From positions 186,001-250,000 of the IMG/VR virus record IMGVR_UViG_3300028393_000019: a DNA stretch of 64,000 nt; one strand, written 5' to 3'. Shown piece by piece: positions 20,324-29,922 of the stretch. Numbering within the stretch: position 1 is the stretch's first letter; each line of letters starts with the position of its first letter. The notes beneath the pieces are model-generated. The model saw nothing but the letters and a program-made list of their open reading frames with translations, made no database searches and was not told where the DNA came from. A program made the translations under genes and the position numbers.

Positions 20324-20855
20324 ACACTTAATCAATCCAGAATGGATAGAGTTATTGTTATCAACAAAAGGTATCCCTATCAGCCCTTGGAAAGATCATA
20401 AAGTAGACGAGGTTAAAGAAGAAATTGATTTTGATCAATTGTTGACATCTACACAAGATGAACGAGATTTGTTTGTGACTGGACCGTATGGGGAAAGTCT
20501 CATCATGGCTGAGATGTTCACTGAAGAGAATATACCGTTTGTACTAGATTTCAAAGAAGTTCAACATCTATTTGCAGGTGACTGGTGGATCATAAAACAA
20601 CTGCCAGGGCAGTATATGCCGATACATAGAGATACTGCATTATTCTACCAAGAAAATAATAGAATATGGATGCCGCTTATAGACTATCAACAAGGTCACA
20701 TTTTTATTCATGAAGGTAATTTTATAAAAGATTACAAGGCCGGTGACATGTTTAAATATTTCAAAGATAACGATTTGCATGGTAGTATAAATTTAAGCTC
20801 GACCCCCAGAATTGTTTTGCAAATAAGCCAGAAACCTATACCATATGATCGTTAA
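20301..20855 (+). CDS. Fe(II)/2OG-type cupin oxygenase, array copy 5
   Basis: MPIHRD, QGHIF, LHGSINL..PR; start moved to 20301 (MKYCGNYK). Confidence 0.7.
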   Translation: MKYCGNYKHLINPEWIELLLSTKGIPISPWKDHKVDEVKEEIDFDQLLTSTQDERDLFVTGPYGESLIMAEMFTEENIPFVLDFKEVQHLFAGDWWIIKQLPGQYMPIHRDTALFYQENNRIWMPLIDYQQGHIFIHEGNFIKDYKAGDMFKYFKDNDLHGSINLSSTPRIVLQISQKPIPYDR

Positions 20856-21354
20856 TAATTTAAAAGTTGCTATAACAGGGCATACCGGAGAGGTAGGTTC
20901 TGCGTTATCTAAAGTGTTTACCGATGCTGGACATAGTATAGTCGGCATATCAAGATCTACTGGGTTTGATTTAAACAACAATGAAAACTACAAAGATATT
21001 ATTTCCACAATTGATCAATGCGATGTGTTTATCAATTGTTGTCAAATAGGTCAAGATGCACTACTACGGAATGTTTGGAATTTATGGCAGGGCTGTGAAT
21101 ACAAACGGATTATCAACATCAGTGCAATCAGCGCATCTGACCCTGCTGAGAATAAAGAGTATTATCAAAATAAAAGAAACTTAGAATCAACGTTCTGGGA
21201 ATTACTTAAAATAAATCAGTTCCCACCTATGACTATCGTTAGAGCAGGCCTAAGAGAACATGACCCTAGTTACGATAACTGGGCAAAGTTCTTAATGAAA
21301 TTGCTAAATGAACCTGAATATCATTTTTTAGAAGTGAGTTATTTTAAATTATGA
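20845..21354 (+). CDS. Short-chain dehydrogenase/reductase-like protein
   Basis: VAITGHTGEVG Rossmann motif, DVFINC, IINIS, YxxxK (YYQNK). Confidence 0.7.
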   Translation: MIVNNLKVAITGHTGEVGSALSKVFTDAGHSIVGISRSTGFDLNNNENYKDIISTIDQCDVFINCCQIGQDALLRNVWNLWQGCEYKRIINISAISASDPAENKEYYQNKRNLESTFWELLKINQFPPMTIVRAGLREHDPSYDNWAKFLMKLLNEPEYHFLEVSYFKL

Positions 21355-22136
21355 TTACTAATTTAAAACTTATACTCGAAAATAAATGTGCAACATTTGA
21401 AAGTTGGACCAATACGTTTGACAATTTTATAAACCATCAACCGAGAGATTCCGATAGTGTACTAGAAAAATATAAAAATTCTCCTGATTTCTGTACTTGG
21501 GAAATAGACGAAGACATTACAACTATTAGCTATCGTTATGTACATAGATTATGCAGTAATGGGGACATGCATTGTTTACAATCATACACTGAAGAAAAAT
21601 ATCAATCGTTAATAAATTACAAAACATTAGGTCTAGAACTTCCTATTTTAGAAATAATGTCTGTTGAGAATGATTTGTTGTATACAAAATTTACCAGCCC
21701 CACTGGGGACTTAGGATATCCACCACCCTATGTGTTATTGAACATAATGTATAACAGCAGTAATGTTATAGAGGAATTCCGTAACTATATTACTGTTATA
21801 ATTGATAATTATATAGAATTAACTAAGAAATGTATACAACACAATATACCATTTTTTAGCCCGGCTCGGACTATGACTAGCCATTACTTTGATAATATGT
21901 TTTATTTTAAAGATACTGTATTCTTTTCTAGCAACAAAGAGCTAACGGTTGAAGATATAGCAGATATCATTAGTAGTAACATTGACGGGTTTAGAAGAGC
22001 AAAAGGAATAATATCAGCATATCAAGGCAGAGCTGATTCACATCCGGATACTGTTGATTTGATTTATAAAGAAATAGAAAATCTAAAAAGTTATGCGAGG
22101 ACGCAATGTCTAAATTTAAAGAATGTAACTCTGTAA
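21351..22136 (+). CDS. Hypothetical protein
   Basis: 261-aa ORF coupled by ATGA overlap. Confidence 0.55.
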   Translation: MITNLKLILENKCATFESWTNTFDNFINHQPRDSDSVLEKYKNSPDFCTWEIDEDITTISYRYVHRLCSNGDMHCLQSYTEEKYQSLINYKTLGLELPILEIMSVENDLLYTKFTSPTGDLGYPPPYVLLNIMYNSSNVIEEFRNYITVIIDNYIELTKKCIQHNIPFFSPARTMTSHYFDNMFYFKDTVFFSSNKELTVEDIADIISSNIDGFRRAKGIISAYQGRADSHPDTVDLIYKEIENLKSYARTQCLNLKNVTL

Positions 22137-22287
22137 TAGCACACTACAAACACAATAAAAAATACATAGAGCTTGTTACTAGCCTATATGTATTTTCTGA
22201 AGCACAATCTACAGGGTCACCTACCCATTACGATGCAACTACTTGGCAATGGGGTGACAAAACTATTTTAATTCAAGAAGTAGGAAT

Positions 22288-23259
22288 TCATCCTGAGATT
22301 GAATAAGAAGGTATAGCTCTAGTTTGTCCGTTAATTGTAACTTTGATATATTTGACATCGTCAAAATTTACATTTTCTTTGCCTACTTCTTCTAACTCTA
22401 ATTCTAGAGTCGATGAAATCTTAGCACCATAGTAAGCATACAGTTTTCCGCTATTGGAAATCTTAACTCTTACCTCTGGCATAGCACCCGGGGTAGTACG
22501 TGTCACCCAATTCATTGCAGTTGGTAGGAATTCCTCAGTCGGATTACCGTCAACTGTAGCTGTCTGAGCCATGCCCCATTCCCATGGATCGTCACCGGCT
22601 TTACCTAACCAATCAAACGCATATATAAAATCGCCATCTTGCAATGGTAACGGATTTTCTGGGGTTCCTCTAAATCTGTTAAACGCCGTCCAACCTGCTT
22701 TATAAGGATTATTATCATAGCTGTCAAATCTCAATGCTGGCTGTTTAAAATTACCTTGCTGAGTGATTAATATACCTGTTGATTTTGTATCAATTGTAAG
22801 AGGCACTGGGTAATCAAATCTACATCCGCCCGACATCCACCAATCTTGCGATTTGTCTCGATCTTCAACAGCATTGTTATTGTTTACAATCTTTATACCT
22901 TTGGCAGATAAAACTCCTCTAGAGTCGATAGATACATACTCTTCTGTAAAGATTCCCTTAGTTGCTCCCAATATCAAACTAGCGTCTACGACGTCTTGAC
23001 CATCAACAACATCTTGTGTTACAATAGCACTTACAAATGCCGCATTAACATATGACGAATCGTTACCGCCTTTAGAGTATGCAGTAAATTTGAGCACACC
23101 GAGCTGATCCCCATTTTGGCAATTCTCAGGGGCATCAAGTGTTCCCCTTGAACTACCAATTTTAAGGCTAGGTTGGTTCTTTTTGAAGCCGCCGGTTATT
23201 CCACGAATGAATAGTGGAGTATCGAAGCCGTCTGTTTCAAGTATTTTCTCGTTGTTCAT
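22288..23259 (-). CDS. Fibre-like virion structural protein
   Basis: Two RGTxxxP...xGDxL motifs of the kind seen in phage tail fibres; start moved to ATG 23259, downstream of TATAAATA. Confidence 0.5.
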   Translation of the reverse strand: MNNEKILETDGFDTPLFIRGITGGFKKNQPSLKIGSSRGTLDAPENCQNGDQLGVLKFTAYSKGGNDSSYVNAAFVSAIVTQDVVDGQDVVDASLILGATKGIFTEEYVSIDSRGVLSAKGIKIVNNNNAVEDRDKSQDWWMSGGCRFDYPVPLTIDTKSTGILITQQGNFKQPALRFDSYDNNPYKAGWTAFNRFRGTPENPLPLQDGDFIYAFDWLGKAGDDPWEWGMAQTATVDGNPTEEFLPTAMNWVTRTTPGAMPEVRVKISNSGKLYAYYGAKISSTLELELEEVGKENVNFDDVKYIKVTINGQTRAIPSYSISG

Positions 23260-23278
23260 AGTATAAGTAATGTAAGCA

Positions 23279-23286
23279 TATTTATA
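23279..23286 (-). promoter_or_regulatory. T4-type late promoter TATAAATA
   Basis: Exact consensus on minus strand upstream of the fibre-like gene. Confidence 0.65.
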
Positions 23287-23299
23287 GTGGAAATTAATA

Positions 23300-24868
23300 A
23301 TGAAAATTTTAATCATCGGTGGTGGAACAGCAGGATGGATGACTGCCGGATATTTGGCCAAATATCGGGGCGGTGAAAATATTACACTTGTAGAGTCAGC
23401 AACTATACCTAAAATTGGTGTTGGGGAAAGTGTAACTCCGCACGTTTGTAACTTTTTTAAAGAAATCGGAATTGACGAATTTGACTGGATGAAAGTTACA
23501 GGTGCTGTACACAAATATGCCAATAAATTTGTCAATTGGCAGGGCACCGGTGATGAACAATATTTCAGTTTCAACTACACAGTACCTACCGAAAACTTTT
23601 ATAAAGATATACCAGTGAACAAAACGCAAGAAGATTTCACTAGAGTTGTTGATGCCCCTAGGAGCATTGACACAGTTAGCGAACTTTGCCAATCTAAAAT
23701 TTTTAATAGATTTGACAAATATTTTAATCCACAGTTTCACTACATGGAACAAAATGTAATGCCCTATAAAGATGGTCAAGATTTGTTGAACCAGCCATTT
23801 AGCCATGCGCACCATATCAATGCAGAATTAGCAGGCCCTTACATTAAAGATAAAATAGCAATACCTGCAGGTGTAAAACACGTTGTCAACGATGTTGTTA
23901 AAGTAAATATTGAAGGTAATCGCATAACATCAGTTTTGTTAGGTGATGGTACAGAATTAACCGCAGACTTGTACATAGACTGTTCTGGTTTTGCACGAGT
24001 ACTTTCAAATGCGCTTGGGTGGAAATTAGTAGAAAAAAATACACCAATTGACCGTGCATGGGTCTGTCAAACAGAGTATGTCGATCCAGAGACTGAGATG
24101 GTTAACTATACTCAAAGCATTGCTGAACCCTATGGCTGGCGATTTAAAATAGGTGTGTATCATCGTATGGGTAATGGCTATTGCTTTAGCAGTAAGCACA
24201 CCACTGAAGAAGAAGCACTAGATCACTTTATAAAACAAATTGGTCCGCAACGTAGACCACCTCGATTGATTAAATGGACTCCAACTAGATTAGAAAAATT
24301 CGGAGATGGTAACTGTGCGGCTATCGGACTAAGTTGCGGATTCACTGAGCCGTTAGAAGCCAATGCACTCTACACTATTATTACAAGCATACGTAGGCTG
24401 AATAATGTACTAGATGAAAGTACGTTAGATTTCAGTACCTACAATGAAAAAATGGCGTATACTATTGACGACATATCAGATTTTATTCTAGTACACTATA
24501 CATTGAGCAATAGATCAGATACTAAATTTTGGACTGACATGCAAGAATTAGGTAAAAAATTAAAACATCGAGAACTAGTTGTTAAAAAGATATACGAAGA
24601 AAAAAACACAATGAAATCAGCTGTTGAAGGCTACACAATGTTTCCGGACTATATGTGGGCACAATTAGCAGTATCATGGGGAATACCCTTTGACACGAAG
24701 TCAACAAGTGCTATAGAAAAAGAATTGTCTAAACAATATTTTGAATACAGCGAACACAAGCACCGGCTAGTATCTTCAATATGCAAAAATAATTATCAAT
24801 GGCATAAAGAAAATATCTTTAATAACATGCCAAACACTGAATGGGAGAAACAATGGATTTCGAAATAA
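23300..24868 (+). CDS. Tryptophan-halogenase-family flavoprotein
   Basis: GGGTAGW, IGVGES, GAVHKYANKFVNW, LYIDCSGF, GFTEPLE. Confidence 0.9.
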   Translation: MKILIIGGGTAGWMTAGYLAKYRGGENITLVESATIPKIGVGESVTPHVCNFFKEIGIDEFDWMKVTGAVHKYANKFVNWQGTGDEQYFSFNYTVPTENFYKDIPVNKTQEDFTRVVDAPRSIDTVSELCQSKIFNRFDKYFNPQFHYMEQNVMPYKDGQDLLNQPFSHAHHINAELAGPYIKDKIAIPAGVKHVVNDVVKVNIEGNRITSVLLGDGTELTADLYIDCSGFARVLSNALGWKLVEKNTPIDRAWVCQTEYVDPETEMVNYTQSIAEPYGWRFKIGVYHRMGNGYCFSSKHTTEEEALDHFIKQIGPQRRPPRLIKWTPTRLEKFGDGNCAAIGLSCGFTEPLEANALYTIITSIRRLNNVLDESTLDFSTYNEKMAYTIDDISDFILVHYTLSNRSDTKFWTDMQELGKKLKHRELVVKKIYEEKNTMKSAVEGYTMFPDYMWAQLAVSWGIPFDTKSTSAIEKELSKQYFEYSEHKHRLVSSICKNNYQWHKENIFNNMPNTEWEKQWISK

Positions 24869-25461
24869 TCAAAGTCCGTAACAACTTATGTAAAATTAAG
24901 TTAACGACACCGTATAGTTACGCACAGTTGTTAGCCGAATTTGAAAAAGAAGAATGGGTTAACCATGCTGACTATGAAGAACGTGCTGGTGATCCACACC
25001 TGTGCAGGTCGGCACTTCCTTATCCTAAAAGTATTATCTTACAGGAAATTGTAAACTACTTGTCGTCAGACGAAGTTAAAAGAAAGATCATAGACACTAT
25101 GTATGAGCTATTTCCAGGAATACAAAATATGTGGGATGGTTGGTCGAACAATAAAATGTTTAATTCAACGCTTTGGGGAGGACAATTTCTCAAAGACGAA
25201 CCTGGTTTTATAATTGAACCGCATATTGATACTAGACTACAAATATTAACATCACTAGTCTATTTTATAGAAGACAACGATCCTAAACAAGCAACTGTGT
25301 TTTACACAGACAAGAATCGTTCCGATCCGTGGACAGCTGAAACAGGTGTTGGGGTGGGGACTTTGCATATTAACGATTATGATGTATGGCACGAAGGTTC
25401 TAACAGATCGGATAAAGATCGATACCTCATGAGCTTAGGACTAATTGTAAATGTTAAATGA
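24841..25461 (+). CDS. Prolyl-hydroxylase-like Fe(II)/2OG oxygenase
   Basis: IEPHIDTR ... VWHEG...DRY. Confidence 0.7.
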   Translation: MGETMDFEIIKVRNNLCKIKLTTPYSYAQLLAEFEKEEWVNHADYEERAGDPHLCRSALPYPKSIILQEIVNYLSSDEVKRKIIDTMYELFPGIQNMWDGWSNNKMFNSTLWGGQFLKDEPGFIIEPHIDTRLQILTSLVYFIEDNDPKQATVFYTDKNRSDPWTAETGVGVGTLHINDYDVWHEGSNRSDKDRYLMSLGLIVNVK

Positions 25462-25867
25462 ATGGATATCTAGAATTTCAACACCTAAGGAAGAACTAGG
25501 TGGAATGAGTGTGTGTCCTTATGCTAAAAGTGCAGAGTATGAATTAATCGAAACTGACGGTAGTGATATAAATCCCCCACCCTGGGACTTTGAACTTATT
25601 GTATATAAACTACCCGATAGTTATTCTATAGAAGAGCTCAACGATATAGCAGTAGAATACAATAACTTATTTCCGGAGATGGTGTTTTTGCCCGATCATA
25701 AAGATAAAGCAACATTTATAAACGGCATTCCTACTAACAACGGTGTATATAATCTTATGCTATGTCAATGGCGTGATAATTTATCAAAGGCTCGAGAAAA
25801 ATTATCTAATACTGCCTATTATACCTACTGGGCAGAAGACTATTTGAAAGAAATATTAAACACATGA
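25451..25867 (+). CDS. DUF1415-like hypothetical protein
   Basis: N-terminal W...CPYAK resembling DUF1415 (LCPFA). Confidence 0.4.
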   Translation: MLNEWISRISTPKEELGGMSVCPYAKSAEYELIETDGSDINPPPWDFELIVYKLPDSYSIEELNDIAVEYNNLFPEMVFLPDHKDKATFINGIPTNNGVYNLMLCQWRDNLSKAREKLSNTAYYTYWAEDYLKEILNT

Positions 25868-26868
25868 TCTGGACTGAATGGGATCCTTTAGAGTCAATTA
25901 TTGTCGGTGACTGTTTTACCGATAGCGACCATCCTGGATTAAAAACGATCTTAAAAGAAACTAAAGAAGATCTAAATACTCTAGCAAATTACTTAACTAG
26001 TTTAGGTATAAAAGTCTATCGACCTAACGTTGCGCATAACTCTGCAATGGCTCCTATTGTTCCAAGAGATCAATACCTAGTGTATGGCGAAACAATATAT
26101 CAAACATACACATCAATGCCTGATAGATTCAATGATAGTTTAAACTACTTAGGCATATTTAGAGAGCTATTTCAACAAGGTCATAACTGGATCAGTCAAC
26201 CGCCGCCTGTGCTTGCACCTTTAAACTCTACAGACAAGTGGTGGAATGATGGTAAGCACATCTATCACGATCTAAACAAAGATAAAATACTGTGGCATAC
26301 TGCCACCATGTTTAAATGTGGAGATGCATTAATAACTAACAAACAAGGTCCAGGAACGCTACTTGGACTAGAATGGATGAAGCGTAACTTGCCCGGTACA
26401 CGTATTATTGAAAACAATAAGTGGGGCCACATTGATCACGGGTTTTTTATGATTGACGATGATACTGTTATTTGTATCAACCAGTCTTGGGTTCCCGAAG
26501 TGTTACAATCTAAAACACTTATTGAAATTGAAGAATATATTGAAGTTTTAGATTATAGTAAAATTGTAGAATCTTTTTCTACTACCAGTGGTACACTAAG
26601 TCAAGAGTGGATAGACAAATGGCTCAACGAGTGGAAGGGGTATGTGCAAGATGTTGCGTTTGACAGTAATGTGCTGGTAATAGATTCTAAGAATATCTTG
26701 TTCTCTAGTGAACAACCTAAGCTGTTTAATTTTTTAAAACAAAAAGGTATTACATGCCACGTAGTAAACATGCGTCATAGCATGTTTTGGGAAGGCGGAA
26801 TACATTGCCTAACACTAGATGTTAGTCGACGTGGAGAGAAGCGGCGAGTCGTTCCTGTAACTTTGTAA
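25864..26868 (+). CDS. Amidinotransferase (glycine/inosamine-phosphate amidinotransferase family)
   Basis: WTEWDPLESIIVG, PRD, GHID, GGIHCLT catalytic Asp/His/Cys. Confidence 0.9.
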   Translation: MIWTEWDPLESIIVGDCFTDSDHPGLKTILKETKEDLNTLANYLTSLGIKVYRPNVAHNSAMAPIVPRDQYLVYGETIYQTYTSMPDRFNDSLNYLGIFRELFQQGHNWISQPPPVLAPLNSTDKWWNDGKHIYHDLNKDKILWHTATMFKCGDALITNKQGPGTLLGLEWMKRNLPGTRIIENNKWGHIDHGFFMIDDDTVICINQSWVPEVLQSKTLIEIEEYIEVLDYSKIVESFSTTSGTLSQEWIDKWLNEWKGYVQDVAFDSNVLVIDSKNILFSSEQPKLFNFLKQKGITCHVVNMRHSMFWEGGIHCLTLDVSRRGEKRRVVPVTL

Positions 26869-27976
26869 AATATTCTGTATCAGCAATCAAAGGCAGTACT
26901 AACATAAGGTTATCCTGCCCATTATTCCATACTCCTATATGCAAACCGTTGTCATAGAATGTTTGTTCAGGAGTTGACTTAATATCTATATCAAACATTA
27001 ATCCGTAGTTTCTAAAAGTTAACCCCATACTAGTAAAAAGTCTGGTCGCAGTATCGACAGTTGCAGTGTATTGATTTAATAAATCTTCTGTTTCTAATAT
27101 TTCTAAATATTTTAAAGTTGAATAAATTCCACTTAATGAAAATGTATAGGTGAACCCGTGTCCCAAAAACTCATGCTTTACTACTTCGTTAACACGATCG
27201 CTTACTAGCGTAGCACTTAAAGGAAAGTATCCCCCAGTCAATGCCTTGCCCATGGTAAAAATATCAGGATCCAACTCAGTATCGAATCCAACAAACTTAC
27301 CTGTCTTGCCACCACACATGGCAATATCATCTAAAATAAAAATCACATCGTGATCTCTGCATGTTTGTCTAAGTTCTCGCCAAAAATCTTTAGTATACTG
27401 TTTAAGACCCTTATTCCACGAGCATGTTTCCATAACTAGGCAACAGGCTGTTTTAGTTTTAACAGCGTCTATTAATTCTTCTTGATTCAAAGCAATACAA
27501 TTTTCAACAGGATGTTTGGTCATATACTCTAATTGGCCGATGCCGGATGTTAGGTAAGTACTTCCGTGGTAAGAATTTTTAACACCGAGTATAGTGTGCC
27601 TAGGGTTACCTTTAGCTTCGTGATATATTTTGGCTAATTTAATTGCACCCTCGACTGCGTCACTTCCACTTAGGGCAAATATACTTCTATAACCACCAGT
27701 GATATCATATAGTTTATTTGTTAGATCTATAACTGCCTGATTAGTGGTCATGTATTCGCCGCCAGCGAATGGATTGTCTAACATTTTATCAGCAACATAG
27801 TGTATAATGTCTTTACGATCAAATCCTAGTAAAAAACAGCCGCAGGATCCTAGACTTAAATCTATTAAATCTTTGCCGTTTTCTACAAATCCAAATCTTG
27901 TATAATTATCAATCTTTCTTGCGTTAGAATGATCGTAGTTGTAGTTAAAAGGGAACAAGAGCTTTAAATTTTTCAT
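26822..27976 (-). CDS. Class III PLP aminotransferase (BioA-like)
   Basis: SGSDAVEGA, SYHGST, DDIAMCGGKTG, MGKALTGGYFPLSA. Confidence 0.9.
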   Translation of the reverse strand: MKNLKLLFPFNYNYDHSNARKIDNYTRFGFVENGKDLIDLSLGSCGCFLLGFDRKDIIHYVADKMLDNPFAGGEYMTTNQAVIDLTNKLYDITGGYRSIFALSGSDAVEGAIKLAKIYHEAKGNPRHTILGVKNSYHGSTYLTSGIGQLEYMTKHPVENCIALNQEELIDAVKTKTACCLVMETCSWNKGLKQYTKDFWRELRQTCRDHDVIFILDDIAMCGGKTGKFVGFDTELDPDIFTMGKALTGGYFPLSATLVSDRVNEVVKHEFLGHGFTYTFSLSGIYSTLKYLEILETEDLLNQYTATVDTATRLFTSMGLTFRNYGLMFDIDIKSTPEQTFYDNGLHIGVWNNGQDNLMLVLPLIADTEYFTKLQERLAASLHVD

Positions 27977-27980
27977 ACAG

Positions 27981-27998
27981 TATTTAACAAGGTAAATA
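27981..27998. promoter_or_regulatory. Divergent late-type promoter pair
   Basis: TAAATA on minus (27981-27986, 4 nt to ATG) and plus (27993-27998, 7 nt to ATG). Confidence 0.65.
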
Positions 27999-28005
27999 TG
28001 GTGTC

Positions 28006-29922
28006 ATGAAAAATGTCTATCTTATACAAACTGAAATTACTTCCGGACCCTCTAATGAGCACTACCTACCATTCAGTGTAGGATGTATTTGGGCCTATGC
28101 AAACCAATTTGATTATGTGAAAAATAACTATAAATTGCAAGATGTTATTTGGCGGAGAGATAGACAAAAAAATGTAATTGAAAAGATCATCGACCCTAGT
28201 ATCATTGGATTTAGTTGCTACGTATGGAATCATAAATGGAATCTAACCTTAGCTAAGAAATTAAAAGAACGTTTTCCAAACTGTCTAATAGTGTTTGGTG
28301 GTCCTAGTGTTAATGAAGAATGGCTCAAATACGATTTTATCGATGTTGCAATGTTTGGCGAGGGAGAAGTTGCATGGGCTAATCTTTTAAAGATGAATCT
28401 TAATAACGAGACTATTCCGAGATATTGGAATAACCCGAGACAAACAGATATTGAAAATTATCCTAGCCCTTACACTACAGGGTTCTTTGATAAAATTATT
28501 GCAGACAATCCAGATATTAGTTGGTTTATGATGCTAGAAACTAACAGAGGATGTCCTTATCACTGTACGTTTTGCGGCTGGGGAGCCGACTATCTTAACA
28601 AACTAAAAAACTTTAACCTACATAGGGTTGAGGAAGAAATCAAATGGGCTATAACACATAACATACATTGGATGTTTGTGATCGATGCTAACTCAGGTAT
28701 AATGAAAGAACGTGATGTCGAAGTAGCGTGGATGATCCGCAGAGCTATAGAAGCACCCAACAGCAAAATTAGACGTGTAACCTTTAACCATGCTAAAAAT
28801 TTAAATGAGCATTGTTTTGAAATGGAAAAGATTATTCAAGCATGGACTTACGGTTTAGAAATGGCTATACAAAGCATGCACCAGCCCACACTAGATGCTG
28901 TGAAAAGAATTAACATGGGTATGAACAATTTAGAACGTGCTTATGCCTTATGCCGTAAACACGGTATTAGATACTACACAGAGATGGTTTTAGGTTTACC
29001 TTTAGAAACCAAGGACACTTATATTAATGGCCTAATGAGATTAATGGAATTAGGACAACACGACAGCGTTAAAACTTATCCTGCTACTGTTATTCCTAAT
29101 AGTGAAATGGACAGTGAAGAGTATAGAAACAAATACGGAATTAAGTTGATATATCCTAAAGATATGTATCGTAGTCCCGAAGAACGCATATGGGACGACG
29201 AAGATAGTAGTCATGAAAATATTGCCATGGTGTCGAGCACAAATACTGCTACCAGCCAAGATATTGCAGATTCATTAGCGTACAGTTGGATGATGAGTCA
29301 ATTTCATTATTTAGGAATAACACAACTTACTTCACGGTACTTGTATGAAATGCATAATGTTCCATACCGTCAATATTATGATGCATTATACAACGCAATT
29401 AAGAACGACATTATAGGCGGTCCTATACTAAATGATGTAGAAGAAATATTTGTAAATTATTTCACTTACGGTGAAATGCCTGTAGGTGAAAAATGGAAGA
29501 ACGTAGTTGCATTGACTATGCCCGAAAGTTACGGTATGGACGATATATTTGAAAACAAGAATCATTTTATAGACCTCGGAGTTACCGTTGGAAACTTATT
29601 TCATACTATAGATCCAAGTGTCATAGAATTACAGTATGCTTTTATGTTGGATGAAAGCAAATCATATCCATTCATTCTAGAATCAGATATAGATATTGAT
29701 AGATGGGAACGTTTATCATGCTCATATTCGGTTAATAGGCGTTACATGGTTAGTCACATGCATGACCAAATGTATCAAAAATATTTGCTTAAAACTGATA
29801 TTGCAAATATTAATAATCCTTATGTTGAAACCGACATAGAAGATTCATATAAAGGCAATAAGATCTCAGTCATTCCTATTTTACCTATACCTACAACTAC
29901 CGCTAGTGGGAGAGTTATGTAA
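28006..29922 (+). CDS. Cobalamin-binding (class B) radical SAM protein
   Basis: N-terminal B12 domain (IGFSCYVWN, VFGGP, GEGE) and ETNRGCPYHCTFCGW. Confidence 0.9.
   Translation: MKNVYLIQTEITSGPSNEHYLPFSVGCIWAYANQFDYVKNNYKLQDVIWRRDRQKNVIEKIIDPSIIGFSCYVWNHKWNLTLAKKLKERFPNCLIVFGGPSVNEEWLKYDFIDVAMFGEGEVAWANLLKMNLNNETIPRYWNNPRQTDIENYPSPYTTGFFDKIIADNPDISWFMMLETNRGCPYHCTFCGWGADYLNKLKNFNLHRVEEEIKWAITHNIHWMFVIDANSGIMKERDVEVAWMIRRAIEAPNSKIRRVTFNHAKNLNEHCFEMEKIIQAWTYGLEMAIQSMHQPTLDAVKRINMGMNNLERAYALCRKHGIRYYTEMVLGLPLETKDTYINGLMRLMELGQHDSVKTYPATVIPNSEMDSEEYRNKYGIKLIYPKDMYRSPEERIWDDEDSSHENIAMVSSTNTATSQDIADSLAYSWMMSQFHYLGITQLTSRYLYEMHNVPYRQYYDALYNAIKNDIIGGPILNDVEEIFVNYFTYGEMPVGEKWKNVVALTMPESYGMDDIFENKNHFIDLGVTVGNLFHTIDPSVIELQYAFMLDESKSYPFILESDIDIDRWERLSCSYSVNRRYMVSHMHDQMYQKYLLKTDIANINNPYVETDIEDSYKGNKISVIPILPIPTTTASGRVM

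Noticed and set aside
21351-22136. Possible second kinase-like protein
   Set aside because: The motif match is too weak to call without a structure search
22106-22306. 66-aa ORF as a possible RiPP precursor for the rSAM enzymes
   Set aside because: No leader/core pattern or repeats, and it overlaps neighbours at both ends; it may be a real small gene but nothing supports a precursor role
23260-23574. N-terminal 105 aa of the 428-aa ORF 22288-23574
   Set aside because: Antisense to the halogenase start; the ATG at 23259 after TATAAATA is more plausible. Similar over-extensions were trimmed at 5449, 13281, 20211, 55309, 63013 and 63924
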